Shown: positions 37,210-51,432 of the stretch, in pieces
Numbering within the stretch: position 1 is the first letter of the stretch
How the letters are laid out: each line of letters opens with the position of its first letter
From: Azolla caroliniana
Lineage: Eukaryota > Plantae > Polypodiophyta
Assembly: GCA_043228905.1 (NCBI GenBank)
Contig: JBHGNT010000012.1
Coordinates: 21,322,913 to 21,386,912 of the forward strand
DNA length: 64,000 bases
Direction: 5' to 3'
Translations under genes and position numbers: made by a program
Notes under the pieces: model-generated
The model's database searches: none
What the model was told of the DNA's origin: nothing
What the model saw: only the letters and a program-made list of their open reading frames with translations

Positions 37210-40200
37210 CCAGAGGTGAAGAATGTGTAACTTGAATAGTGCGTCGAATGTGTGGCCAACAAGCAGAACAGAGCTTCCTTCCAATCCAAGTCCCCGAGAG
37301 AAAGAAGGCACCGTTGGAACTCGTGCATACTAATGTATGCTAGGTGGACACTAAGTCACATGTCGGTTCACAATATTTTGTGACCTTCATAGATGATTGT
37401 AGCTAGAAGTTGTGGGCTTCCATTTTGAAGACGAAGGAGCAGGTACTATCCGTCTTCAAGGAGTTCCAGGAAAGGGCAGAAAGAGAGATCGGTCAGAAGC
37501 TAAAAGTGGTTCGAGTAGATAACTAAGGAGAATATCGAGGGCAGTTCGAGGGGTACTGTTGGTCGAAGGGAATCCGGCTCGAATACATTGTGTCGAAGAC
37601 ACCAAAGCAGAACAGGTTGGCCGAGAGAATGAACCTAACCATCATGGAGAGAGTCCAGAGCATGCTTGCACATGCAAAACTATCCAAGACGTTTTGGGCT
37701 ACGGTTTACGTGATAAATAGATCACCCTCAGTACCCTTGGACAGAGATATTCCACAAGGGTATGGACTGTCAAAGATGTGTCGTACCGGCATGTCTTGCC
37801 TATGTGCATGTAGCAAAGGACTAGAGGGGGGAATTGGACCCAAAGACTCTACCATGCATATTCCTGGGATATGGTGACGATGAGTTCGGTTACTTGCTAT
37901 GGGACTTCGCCGAGAAGAAAGTGATCCGGAGTTGATACATCCTCTTCATGGAGGAGAAGACTTTTATTGACTAGGAGAAGGAGAGGTTGAATACATCCAC
38001 TCAGTCAGTTGGAAGTCGAATGCCGACTGAAGAACAAGGTGAGCCGACTGAATTCAGACAAAGAGTCGGATCGGTCGAAGACCAATTGGGAACCGGATCC
38101 GAAGCTAGATCGATTGGAATGTATCTGCTCGGATCCGAAGAAGAAGAAGAAGTAGTCAACTCCGAATTGGATGTCAAACTAGCCGAAGCAGAAGATGAAG
38201 GACCTAACGAGCTGGCTGGTGGGAACGAAGGAAGGAGATACCCTCTAAGGAATAGAAGGCCCCCTTTGAAAATTTCTGGAGAAGGAATATGTATTTTTAA
38301 ACAGTGAGGGGGAGCCGGAAGGCTTTGAGGAAGCAAGGAGGGATACCCATAATAGAGAGTGTCTAAGTGTCATGTAGGACGAAATGGATCCCCTGCATGA
38401 GAACCACACATATGAGTTGACAGTGTTGCTGAAAGGAAAGAGAGCATCCGGAATAAGTGGGTGTATAAACTAAAACTGGGAAATGGTGGAAATCCACCAA
38501 GGTATAAAGCCCCATTGTGGTGAAGGGCTTCTAGTAGAAGAAAGGAGTGGATTTCGACGAGATTTTTGTCCCGGTGGTGAAGATGGTATCCATATGGATG
38601 GTGCTAAGCATAGCGCCCAACATGGACCTCAAAGTCGAACAAATGTATGTCAAGACGGCCTTTTTGCACAGTGATCTTGAAGAGGAGATTTATATGCAGC
38701 AACCAGAAGGATTCATCAAAAAGGGGAAGGAGAACCTGGTATGCCAATTGAGGAAGAGCCTTTGTGGACGCAAGTAGGCTCCCCCACAATGGTACCGGAA
38801 GTTCGAATCCTTCATGGCCGGCCAAGGGTACCACAAAACCTAGGTTGATCACTGCATATTTGTGAAGAAGTTTGACAGAGGAGACTTTCTCATCCTCTTG
38901 TTGTAGGTGGACGGCATGTTGATTGTCAGATGGAACCATATGAAAATCGGAATGTTGAAAAAGGCCTTGAGCTGGTCTTTCTCAATGAAGAATATGGGTC
39001 CGACAGGACAAATCCTGGGAATGCACATTGTCCGAAACCGGACAGAGGTTATTTTGGTTGTCACAAGAGAAGTACATAACAAAGGTGCTCTAGAGATTCA
39101 ACATGGAAAGTGCAAAACCGATTGGCTCGACACTATCGACCGACTGAAAGTTATCTGGTAGACAGTGTCCAAAGATGAAGACAGAGAAGGTTGAGATGAG
39201 TAAGCTCTCCTATGCCTTAGTAGTCAGAAGCCTAATGGTATGTATCAAGCCAAACCTCGGATACGCAATTGGGGTCGTCAGCCGATTCATGAGTAATTCG
39301 ACCAGAGAGCATTGGGTTGTAGTCAAGTGTATACTCTGGTACCTAAGAGGCACCTTGATCATGTGTCTCTGATCCGTCTTAGGTAACCCTTTGTTAGAAG
39401 GTTTTATTGATTCAAACATGTCGGCTGATGTGGATACCAGCTCGTCCACGTTCGGATATGTCATGAAGGTAGGGGGAGCCATCTCATGGCTCAGATCGTA
39501 GGCCTTTAACGGTGTTGACAACCACGGAAGTGGAGTATATGGTTGTAGTGGAAGCCGACAAAGAGATAATCATGATGAAGGAGTTCATTGGAGAGTTGGA
39601 GATTCCGCAAGAAGAATTCTGATTCTATTGCAGTAACCAAAGAGCCATCCACCTTGCGAAGAATGTTGCCTACCACTTGAGGACCAAGCACATCCAAAGA
39701 TGCTATCATTGGCTCCGGGAGAGGGTAGAAGAGAAGGACTTTGTTCTGATGAAGATCCACACAGTAGAGAACAAATCAGACATGTTGACAAAGGTGTTGT
39801 CAATAGAGAAGCTAGAGGCGTGTCGGAGACGGGTCAGATTGACGAATCACCCCATGACGGAGTGAAGGGGGAGGCAGGTTCCTCTGGATGGGAAGTAATC
39901 ACGAGCCGGATTGGAGTTCAGAGAGCCAGCCTTGGACAAGGAGTCAGAAGTGGATGGAGGCACACGAGCCGGATGAGATAGATCTGAAGTAGAAGGGAAA
40001 CCGTATCTGGAGCCAAATCGCATCCGAAGACACATATGGAAATGGCCATATTTGTAAATAGATTTTCTTGTGCCTATGTAGGTCAGATTTGTAAATGGCC
40101 CATAGTATGTATTAGTATAAATACTTCTAGGGAAAATCATTAGTTATGTTGTTTTCATTGTATTAGAGTGTGTAACGAGAGTGACTAGGAGAGAGAGAGT

Positions 40201-40330
40201 GAGAGTGAGAGTTATAACTCTGTTGTAACCGTCGGCAGAGAAGAGGAGCTTAAGGTTGTTCCCCTAGAGTCTCCTATGTATTTTCCTTCTACCATAGTGA
40301 TATTGTTCTGAGTTTATGAAAACGAAAGCA
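37210..40330 (+). mobile_element. Ty1/Copia 3' part (IN, RT, RH, PPT, partial 3' LTR); degenerate
   Basis: KTPKQNRLAERMN, QMYVKTAFLHSDLEEEIYMQQPEGF and RTKHIQRCYHWLRE; PPT GAAGGGGGAG at about 39864-39873. Confidence 0.9.
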
Positions 40331-40663
40331 TGTGGAAGCTAAGACAACCGACTCGTTCGGATAGAACAAACCACAGAATACAGAGGTGAAGGTTTAATGG
40401 AAACCTTAAACAAGCATATGCGGGAGAGGGGGGGGGAGAGAGAGAGAGAGAGAGCCCAGATGGATGTAGGTTAGTTGGTAAGGTTGCCCAATGGGGACTA
40501 GGTGGTCATGGGTTCAACCCCTACATTCCACAGTGGCATCTAGTCAATTAAGAGATATATAAGAAATATATAATAGAGATGTGAGGAAGTTGGGTTTCGA
40601 ACCCTGAACGCAGTGCTTGTAGTGCTAACAACTTACCACTAGGGTAAAGTAATTACGATAAAG

Positions 40664-40696
<33 letters not shown>

Positions 40697-40707
40697 ATTA
40701 ATTTATT

Positions 40708-40759
<52 letters not shown>

Positions 40760-40927
40760 TCAAAAGAATACTCAATACATAGAATGTGCTCTGAGAGGAC
40801 TTTTGTACAAGACCTTACATGGACTGACACAAGTACCATAAGTACTTGGATGCTCATAAATGAGTTTCTACACTAACTCCAAGGAATACAATCTGGACAT
40901 CGATCCAGCTCTGATTTATTCAAAGCC
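40331..40927 (-). repeat. Truncated Copia LTR related to the LTR at 40928-47884, with a ~250-bp insert and (GA)n, (AGTT)n, (CTTT)n tracts
   Basis: TGTGGAAGCTAAGAC start; aligns with 40928-41178; 40889-40920 matches 47816-47846. Confidence 0.75.
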
Positions 40928-41186
40928 TGTGGAAACTAAGACAATCAGCTCATCCGGATAAAACAAACCACAAAAAACAGAGAAGAAGGTTTAATGGAAA
41001 CCTTAAACACGCATATGCGAGAGAGAGAGAGAGAGAGCAGAGCTTAATTTCATATAATACTCTATACATAGAATGTGCTTACAGAGCACTTTTGTACAAG
41101 TCCTTACATGGACTGAAACAAGTACCATAAGTACTTGGATGCTCATAAATGAGCCTCTACACTAACTCCAAGGAATATGCCTACGT

Positions 41187-44100
41187 TGTCGCGTTGTTAC
41201 GCGCGTGCGTGGAGAAACGAGGCGGGACCACCGGGGTCTTGAACCGAAGAGCAGGTGATAGGAGGGGAAAGAGAAAGAGAGAAACAACCAGTTACGTATG
41301 AGCAAAGAAACACAGGGACACGGCCCGTCAACGCAGAAGACACGAACGGACACAGAGACAGAGAGACACGAATGTTTGTATATTAACAAGTGACACAAAA
41401 ACAACAGAGCACGCGAGCGGTTACAACCGAATAGGCCGGCGAACAGATGCCGATGCCTGCTCGTCTGCGCATGAAAGGGGATAGGATGGAGGTGCTACCG
41501 GAAGCACACGGGCGTTCCTCGAAGCAGCGCGAGCCTCCCGAAAACCTGCAGAGAAGAGCAATAGAGAACAAACAGAGGAGAAGCGTTCGGTTATGGTCCG
41601 ACAGCACTTCGTCCTCCTCAATGCGCAATCCCCTTCTCCCCGCGTCTCCCTTCATCTTATAGCTTCCAGAAGGGAGCCGTCTCCCTCATTTACTTCCTAC
41701 CTACCGAATCTAACTACCCAAATATACCTATGTACCTAATTCCCTATTATATACATTAAATGGCGCGCACGCGTGAAGAGCCGGTTCATGCGCGCTATGC
41801 ACCGATTGCGTTAAGGGACGGTTTTCTTCACGACATCCGCCCCCACCTAACCGCGCATCCACCGGTATGCGCCAAAATTGCGCTCTAGTTGGAGAAAACC
41901 GGTCCGAGTTCCGGTTCTTCGTCCATCGGTTCGTCCTCCGTTTCAAACTGTTCGTCCAAGCCCCTTAGATTCGGTTCGCCGTCGTGGCGCTTCTTGAACG
42001 CTTTGATCCGCTTCCCTGCTACCGGTATCGCCATCCTCGTACCGTCGAGTTCCGCCAGGTGATACGTCCCGTTGTCGTTGGCGCTCGTTACCACGTAAGG
42101 CCCGAACCACCGCTTTGCAAACTTCCGTGTTGCTCGGTGCTGGTTGTCGAGGCTGCTGTCGTAGACTAGCACCTAGTCGCCTTCCTCGATTTTCTTTGGT
42201 CGGAGCCGGTGCGTTTGGTCGAACCGGGCTTTGTTCCTCATCCTCGCCATCCGAAGTCTCTCTGTCGCTCGTTCCACGTCCTTTGGCCTCCGCTCGAGCT
42301 GCCGAATACACGCCGCTAGCAGTTCATCCCGACTCATCTTGTCTCTCCAGTGCACTGTTGCCCAAGAGGAGATCGTTCGTTCCATCGGCATGATCGGCTT
42401 CTGTCCGAACATGAGCTCTGACGGCATGAACCCGGTTACCGAACTGTGCGTTGTCCGGTCTGCCCACAAGGCATAAGGTAACAGTCGTGGCCAGTTCCCG
42501 ACCTGGCCTTCGCATGCCCGGACTAGCGCTTTGACGATCGGTCCATGTCCGCGCTCCACCTTCCCGTTCGCCTCCATCGCCACCACTCGGAGCAGGATGT
42601 CGTTTCTCTTCTTCGGGTGCTTCCATAAGTATCCGTCCCGGAGAAAGAATCGGTAAGCTTTCTTCCGGATCCGGTTGGCCTCGTCCTTCGTCCATGACGC
42701 ATCCGGCGTCATTGTCCTCAAGAATCTCCCAATCTGCGGCCACTCCCCGTTGTACTTGCTCTCGTCGAAATCGTTAAGCGCCGGAGTGCTCCCTCCCTCG
42801 GTTGTTATGTAACCCGCCTCGTAGAAGTCCACGCCGACTTCCTCGTCCTCCGAAACCATGCCGCCCTCGTCATCGAATCGCGCCCTCGAAAGCATGTCGG
42901 CCATGGCATTGTCTTTCCCGGAAATGTGTCGTATTTCCGAATCCAGGGACTTGATGTATGCTATCCACCTAAGCATTGCCAGGTCCGGGGTTGCGCATCC
43001 GGAAACCATGCCGAGAATCGGCAGGCAGTCCGTCTCGATAATCACCTGTCCCAATAAGATATTCTTTATCGGCCTTCACCGCCGAAACGATACCCCAGAG
43101 TTCGCGTTTAACCTGGGCGTATCCTCGCTGTCGCTCGCTGAGGACCTTCGCGCCGAACCGGATTGGGAACCGAATGCCGTCCTCATCTTCTTGGTTGACG
43201 ACCCATCCGATCCCGGTCAGACTTGTATCTACCGTTATGTAGATGGGAGTACCTTTCTCATAGACAGCCTTACGAAGTGCCGGAGCTGCAGCAAGAGCCT
43301 CCTTCATCTTTCAGACTGACTCCGTATGCTCGTCCCGCCACTCGAATTTTCGCCCCTTTTTCAGCAACCCGTATAGCGGCTCGGCAATGTGGGCGTAATG
43401 CGGGATCCATATGTGGTAGAACGCACATGCTCCCAAGAACCTCCGTACTTCCGTGATCGAGTTACAGTCAAGTTTCATCGCGGAGATCGCTTCCACCTTA
43501 GCCAGAGACGGTTTCCGGCCATACAGTCCGCATAGATGTCTGACGACCATGATCTCCGATTGCCCGAAGGCCGATTTCTCCCCGGAGAAGGTGAGCCTCG
43601 CGTCCTCTAGCCTCTGCAGCACCCTCTCGCAATCGTCAATGTGTGTCGCCACGAATTTCCGGCATCCGTCCGGTCCGATCGTTTCGTCCTTTTTCTCCAC
43701 TGGACATCCCTTGATCGGGATGTCGTCCAAGAAGGGCATGGTGATGTCCGGGATACAATCCCTCAGCACCTTGTTCATCGCATTCACCATGTGGGCCACC
43801 GAGTTCATCCCTCCTTGTGGCAGGGTACACATCCGCACTAGGCCGAGAGGAGTCCGCATCGTCGTAATGTCTCTGCTCTCCACGGCTAGTTGGAACTGAT
43901 CGTACCCCGAGTACAGATCACCGACCGAGTAGATCGACCTTCCGGCGAAGGCCTCCGCGAACTCGTCTATCGTTGGTCCGATTCTTGCGTTCCTAATGGT
44001 CACTCTGTTGACCGGTTGCAGGTCTTGAATGAAGCGCAACGTCCTGTTCTTCTTCGGTACAGTAAACCACCGGTTCGAGTACGGGGCACTCGACGGTTCG

Positions 44101-47100
44101 AGGATGCCCATATCGACTTTCTACCTCAACAGCTCCATCAGCTCCGGGATGTGAGCTCTCGGTACCGGAATTGGTTTGAGATTCCACGGCACATGCGGTA
44201 CCGTGAATATCACCATCGGCTTTACGACTGTCGGGTCTACGCACCCGATTTCTTCCGGTGAGAATGCGAAGGCTTTCCCGTGCCTTCCGAGCATTCTCCA
44301 AAACCGGTCTTCTTCCGCCGGCAGTAGGAACCCGCCCCCACCGATTTTGAGCTCCCGTAGCGTTCTATCGGTGAAGGTGTGTCCTATGCAGGCCGGATCA
44401 CGTAAACTGGGGTCCGACGCAACCCTCTTGATTCGCAACTCGCTGCCCTCCGGTAAGGGTGCCGCGATTGGCCTTACCTTCCGGTCCACAATCTTATACT
44501 TCGTGTTAACCCGGGCCGTCCGATCCGACTCGAGCCCTCGACTGAAGTCTGCGATGACTTCGTACATCTCTTCTGAACAAACCGGTATCGTCCGGTCCTC
44601 TTTAAGGCCCTCTCCGACCACCTCTCGCAGTATTCCCAAGGTGTCGTTGAAGGATACCGCCTCCACGGCTCCGTTGATTTCCTCGCGGGGCCCGAGAACT
44701 CCGCACGCCCGAAGTCGCTCTTCCGCCCTTGTCTTTTCTCGGCCAACGATGCCGACTATCGTACACCCTCCGTTGTCGGAGAAACAAAACTTCCTACTTA
44801 TGGTACAAGGTTTCTTCGGTTTCGCCTCTATCGTACATTTGTGGGGTTTTCCCGGACTGTCCGGACTGTCGCGGCCCCACGCCTTCGCAGCCCTCTCTAA
44901 AAATCCTCTCGGTTCTCGCCACCGAGGGTCTCGCGATTTCGCTCGTGGTTCGGTCGCACCGTCAGGAACTGGACCGAATGACGCCCGTCCTGACTCTTGA
45001 CCCTCGCGTAAGCCGACCCGTTGTCCAGCACCTTGGTCTCCATTCGCGTTGCCGTAATGTACGGTTCTCCCAGTACGACCGGGTGCGAGGACGTCTCCTG
45101 CACAAAGAAGTGCTGGTCTATCTCGACGTCGCTGATCTTGACTCGCACGTTTGGGCAAGCCCCTTGTAGTTCCTCGGTGGCGCGCGTGGCCGCCCGTATC
45201 TTCCACCCGTGCTTAGTGTTGATCGGCCATTTCCCCTTCTTGTAGAAGTCCATGGACATCAGGTTTATTTCCGAACCGTGGTCCACCAACGCCACCACCG
45301 GTTCCTAAACATCTCCGATCTTCACTGGGGTTTCCGTGGTCGCTCGGGCCCAGTGTGGCCTCGAATAGTGGCTCTCCGCCCACTCGTCTTCCAGTGCCAT
45401 GTCCTCTATGTGCGTCGTCCGCACCTCCACCGGCCTTTCCGGTTCTGTCTCCGTCGACAGCCTCTTCCTCTTCGCCAAGTCCACGATGGAGTCCTGGAAC
45501 TCCTTCTTGGCGATTCCGAGCACCTCCCGCAACGACAACTCCACCTTGCTGTCGAGGATTTGTTCTTCCAGGACCTTTCGTAGGTCCGTGGTCCTTTCAA
45601 TCTCCGTGCCCAAACGGTATCCGCCCTTCTTGTGGTTATCCCGAGTACTGGACTCACCGGCCTCGTTCCGTTTCGGCCCGAATCGGGTTTCGTATCTTTG
45701 TGAGGGTCCGGCCCCTCCGGGTTTGCCTACCCGTTTGTCTTCAACCAAATCCTTGTAGTTCTGGCAAGCTGCTTCGATGAAACCCGTCTTTTCTTCGACC
45801 GGGTCACTCCACCCGGTTACCCCCTAGACCCGCTTCTCCGTTCGGTCCGCCTCGTCTCTCTTTAGTCGGGCACCGGCGAGGCCTTCTAGCACCGTCGGCC
45901 AGAACCCGACTTTGCTCTCCTTCCGGGCCTCGCTGCCTCCGACCCGAATACCGGCTGACGCTGAGTAGTGGACGGTCTCCGCGTGCCGGGCCGCCGCCTC
46001 TTCCATCAGCCTTTTCATTCCTCTTCGCCCGTTGTTTCGGTTCAGGGCCCTCCGGGTATCGCTGGCGTGCACCCGACCTTCCCACAGGTACACTACCCGG
46101 CTTCTCAAAGCCTCCGCAAAGTCCCCGCAGTCTTTCCGGATGTGGCCGACCTCGTCGCACCACATACACCTATTTCCTGCCGGAGGCCGTCGGTCACGAG
46201 CCTGATCGCCGCCTTCCCTCCGAGCCTGGGCGATCTGGAGATCCTTTACCGTTTGTGTCAACTCCTCCAAAGTTGTCCCCCCGGACGAGCCTCTGACCAC
46301 GCCGGTCAAAGCCGAACCGGTTTCGAGCCACTCCCGGGTCTCTTCCCGTCGCGCCTGCGGTATCGGTTCGAGATTCCTTGCTACGACAGGACCCGCCCCG
46401 GTCGCCCCTGTATCAGCCCACTCCCACCGTTTGTCGAAACGGCCGCAGACTCTTTTCACCGCGGCCCAGTCAGCCGTCAGCCCGTCTTCGGTTTCCAGTA
46501 AGGAGCCCACTTGCTCCCGATCCTGTGCGTCAACCGATTTGACAAACAGTAGGACACGACTTGTGTCCAGAACAGTCCGATCGAGCGCCGAAAGGCGCGC
46601 AAAGCGATCCTCAAAATCCCGGAGGAGTGCCGACGCATTTCTTCCTTTGTCGGGGGACTCCACCCACTCCATGAAGCCCCACTTCAAAAGTCGAAGCGCG
46701 TCATCCAGCCCGTATTTCTCCAGGAGCCGTCCTTCGAACTCCTCCCAGGTCCGGCTCTCCGCCCGGACCTCGAGCACCTCCGCATGGATGCCCGACATCG
46801 CCACTCAAGGGAATCTAGCAAGACACCTCTCTTCCGGAATATCCCTCATCAACATCTCCGCCCGGTAGGACGCCAAATAACTCGTGGCATCCTTTCCACT
46901 GAACCGGCCGATCATACCGACGATCGCCTCAATAGCCCTGTCAAGGGCGTCGGTGCCCTCGCGCGCGCTCACTATCCGGTCCATGGCCGAAGCCATGGCC
47001 TCTGCAAGATCCGACCCCCTCATCTTCTGCTCCTCTACCGCCTATTTCACGTCGGGTTCACCAAATATGTCGCGTTGTTACGCGCGTGCGTGGAGAAACG

Positions 47101-47716
47101 AGGCAGGACCATCGGGGTCTTGAACCGAAGAGCAGGTGATAGGAGGGGAAAGAGAAAGAGAGAAACGACCGGTTACATATGAGCAAAGAAACACAGGGAC
47201 ACGGCCCGTCAACGCAGAAGACACGAACGGACACAGAGACAGAGAGACACGAATATTTGTATATTAACAAGTGACACAAAAACAACAGAGCACGCGAGCG
47301 GTTACAACCGAACAAGCCGGCGAGCAAATGTCGATGCCTGCTTGTCTGCGCATGAAAGGGGATAGGATGGAGGTGCTACCGGAAGCACACGGGCGTTCCT
47401 CGAAGCAGAGCGAGCCTCCCGAAAACCTGCAGAGAAGAGCAATAGAGAACAAACAGAGGAGAAGCGTTCGGTTACGGTCCAACAGCACTTCGTCCTCCTC
47501 AATGTGCGATCCCCTTCTCCCCGCGTCTCCCTTCCTCTTATAGCTTCAAGAAGGGAGCCGTCTCCCTCATTTACTTCCTACCTACCGAATCTAACTACCC
47601 AGATATACCTATGTACCTAATTCCCTATTATATACATTAAATGGCGCGCACGCGTGAAGAGCCGGTTCACGCGCGCTATGCACCGATTGCGCTAAGGGAC
47701 GGTTTTCTTCACGACA
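41187..47716 (-). mobile_element. Family X copy X3, both LTRs present, integrase N-terminus deleted
   Basis: 649-bp LTRs at 41187-41835 and 47068-47716 (roughly 3% different by eye); TSD ACGT/ACGT; tRNA-Trp PBS at 47047-47063; gag 45305-47023, PR 44897-45298, RT 43311-44111; deletion junction LLRVVAM|EANGKVERG near 42575. Confidence 0.96.
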
Positions 47717-48731
47717 ACGTACTAGGCTCAGACCGTAGGCCTCTGATGCCCTACCAGTTCACACTACTCTGGAGTATGATCCAGTTCTCCAGTTTCCGGA
47801 TACCAATCTGGATACGATCTGGACACCGATCCGGCTCTGGCTTATTAAGTTGATCCGGATCCAATTGAGCTTGTCCGCTCCACACTCCCCCTCAAGCTCA
47901 ACTTGAGGTCAGATCGTTGTGTCTATGTCTGCTAGTCCTCTTCTTCGGCTCCTCCTAGTGTCTTCCCGCTTGAATCGCACTCCTCATCCGGTCCGATTCC
48001 TCTTCCCACGACTCATCCGGTTCCACCGTGTCAGTGTCGACTTCCGTTGCACTCTCGACAGCTTGGCCAATCAATTTGGCTCCTCCGAATCATCCCGGTC
48101 TTTAGACCCTTCACGACATCAGACCACGGCCATGCCTTGGTCTTCTTGGCTTTGCCTCCCCTTTTTTCGGTTAGCTTTGGCTCCGGCTTCCCTTTGTGGT
48201 CGCTCCCCCCGGCGTCTGACAAGTCTCCACTTGTTTGTCATGTCTGCATGTGTCCATCCATCCTTGGCTTCTTCAGCTAACCCAAACACTCCGACTTCTT
48301 CAGTCGGCCCAATCGACATCCGTGTAGTCGACAAACTGTCTGGTTATACCGGTCTGATATAGCAATCCCTTGACCTTAGTGCCGCTGACATATCTCATTA
48401 TCCGATGTGCGCACTGAAGGTGCTCCATGGTCAGATGCACCATGAATTGTCTAATCACTCTGACCGGATAGTTGAGCTTCGACCGGGTGATGGTCAGCTA
48501 TATAATGCTTCAGACTATCTGTCGGAACCTTTTCAGGTCGCATGTCGGAGTCGGGGCGAAGCTTCACATTCCTATCTAGAGGAGTAGAGATGAATTTACA
48601 ATTCGTCATTCCGAACTTGAAGAGCATACTTAACGCATAATGTCGTTGGATGATCAATATGCCTTTGGGGGTGTGGAGCATTTCGATCCCGAGGAAGTAA
48701 TGAAGATCACCGAGATCCTTCATGTCGAACG

Positions 48732-49335
48732 TGATCCGAAACTTAATAGCACTTAAACACTTATGTAAAACAGAAATATGTTGTGCAAGATTTAAAAGAA
48801 AACAAGAAAGATACACAACAAACTCTATGCACAATACACCACAATTTTTTGCGTGGAAAACCCTCAAAGAGATAAAAACCATGGGACCTAGTCCAGAAAT
48901 AATCCACTATCAAATATAAATCTGATACACCAAAGTTTGACTCTAAAAAAGTTAGAGTACTAGGAAAAAGCGAGGAATATGATGTTTCCTCAAAAACTAA
49001 CTCAACAAAAAGACACAAAAACCAACCACCAAAACTCACAACACGTGGCTGACGACGAAGGCGGCGATGTCCGGATGTCTAAGTGTACTGGTGTACTCGA
49101 GAGTGCTTGAAGGAATCAGCCAAGAAAGAGAGTATGAGCACTCTAAAATCTGTTTTTCTCTGCTGCTACAGAGAAATGCCCGTTTCCCCCTTTCTAACTC
49201 TCTCAAAAAAAGAGTTATATAGTGTAGATATGTAACGCCTGCTTGTGTGAACCCCTTTCACACTATATTTAAAAATTACAAGTTTTGGGCGTCCAAGGCC
49301 CATTTACATAGAATGTAGACAGAAAAAACCTAACA
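48732..49335 (-). mobile_element. Solo LTR (Copia-type) inserted in the Copia RT
   Basis: TG...CA termini; 5-bp TSD GAACG; removal restores TTSF|DMKDLG; CGTGGAAAACCC motif shared with 14210-14836. Confidence 0.87.
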
Positions 49336-50818
49336 GAACGATGTTGTTCGGTGTGACTTGACGGGGTCAATTTCTCCTAAGTCGGCACCGACAATGACTA
49401 AATCATCAATATAAAGTAAGATGCTTACCGGCCCGTTCCGACCTTGCCGGATGAAAAGTGAAGAATTCGACTTGGATGTGGCAAACCCCATCCGATGCAA
49501 TCGTTGTGTGATCTTCGTGTTGCAAGCATGCAAGGCTTGCTTCAGTCTGTAAAGGGACTTCTTCAATCAGCAAACAACCAACGTGTTCATTCCGGACGGA
49601 AATTCGAGGGGTTGTACCATATATACTTGTTCCTCAAGCTCACCTTGTAGGAACACATTCTTTACATCCATTTGATGTAAATGTCACCCCTTTGCCGTGA
49701 CCACCACAAGCAAGACATGAACGGTTGTCATCTTTGCAACCGGTGCAAAGGTCTCGTCATAATCGATTCTGTGTTGTTGTGCGTAGCCCATCGCCACTAA
49801 TTGGGCCTTGTACCGGTTGACAGAGCCGTCGGTGTTGTATTTGACCTTGTATACCCATCGGCATCAGATCGGCTTCACTCCCTTCGCAACGTCAATCAAA
49901 TCCCATGTCTCATTTCCCATGAGCGCGTGCATCTCTTCCTCCGTGGCCTTCTACCAGTTCGGATCCTTAGCCGCCGCTTCTGCGGAGCTCTCCGGCTCAC
50001 GTACGACTGCCACCTTTGCCATGTACGCATAATGATGTGCCATATACTAGTTATATCCGTACTGAATCACGGGATTCTTTTGGCGGGTAGATCAACGCAA
50101 CTCCTGGTTCGCCGATTTCTTGACCCTTGCGGCCGATTTTGATCCCGTTGTCAGAGGTTCCTTGTTGCTCTTTTCAGAGTCGGATTCACTCCGATTTGAC
50201 TCTTCTCTGCCAGTGTCATATCCCGACATCTTCTGCTTCCCCTATTCTTTGCATGTGAATCGTCTCATCGGCTCATTACGTGGGGAGAGCACGACCGAGT
50301 CTTCACTACTCGCCGCCTCATCATCCGGTTGACCGCTTCGGCTCAACCAATCCGAATTTGGACCTCTAATCCAGAGAGAAGTCAAACTATCTAGGAGTTC
50401 GGATTCCGCTATGCTTTCCTCGGTTTCGGAATCCATTGCTTTGTTCGCAACAATCGGCTCGGGTGCAGGTGATGAGAAGTACCATGATGCCGATTCGTTG
50501 AAAATGACATCATAACTAACTCATACTTGCAACCCCCGTCAAGTAGCCAACCAGGATGCACTTCTCGGATTTTGCATCCAGTTTCTTTCGCTTCTCATTC
50601 GACACACGCACATATGCAATGTTGTCGAATACCCATAGGTGCGCTAAATTCGGCTTCCGCTTGAAGTACAATTCATGAAGCGACACCTTTGTCCCTGAGA
50701 CAGATACCCGATTCTGAATGTAGACGACTATCTGAATTGCTTCGGGGCAGGCTCTTCTCCACCAACATCGCCCTTGCTACTTCTACGAACGTCTGTTTCT
50801 AATTTTCTGCTCTAGTGT

Positions 50819-51395
50819 TGTCGTGAAGAAAACCGTCCCTAGGCGGAATCCGAGTTTAGCATGTGTAAACCGGCTCTTACACGCGAGCACACTTTTTGTT
50901 GTATGGTAAGTAGGTAAGTACAAGTTGGCTGAGGAGAAATCCTAGGTAGCACGCATTCGATAGGGAGAGAATCGAGGTGTATCTCTGTCCGAAAGGACAG
51001 AGAATTAATGTGATGTAACAGATGATAACGACCTCCCTCCTTGGGCTATAAAAGAGAGGGAGAGGAATGAAAAAGGGGATCGCGCGTTGGCGAAGACGAA
51101 GTGCTGCTACAGAACCGAGTAACAAGCTCTCTCTCGTCCAATTGTCGTTCTCTGCAGGTGTCGGGAGTTTGCTGCCTCTGCTTCATGGACAACCCGTGTG
51201 CTTCCTGCAGAGTCTCTCTCTTTCCCTTTCCCCGCCCCTTTGTTTCTTCGAGTCGTGCGGCTGTCGTCGGTGTGCGTGAGTAGGACCCCGTGTCGGGTCC
51301 ATTACCGGGTTGCCAGTTGTAACTGTTCGAGTTGTAAGCTATTGACTATAGTAATCAGATTCTTGTTTTCTTGCTCTTAATCTCTTTCTGTGTAC

Positions 51396-51432
<37 letters not shown>

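Larger units (their letters stand above)
40928..50818 (-). mobile_element. Second degenerate Ty1/Copia (3' LTR 40928-47884 split by X3; RT and IN remnants)
   Basis: LTR TGTGGA...TCCACA; PPT complement CTCCCCCT at 47885-47892; FDMKDLGDLHYFLGIE, KKSLYRLKQA...LLYIDD and KRKKLDAKSEKCILVGY. Confidence 0.87.
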
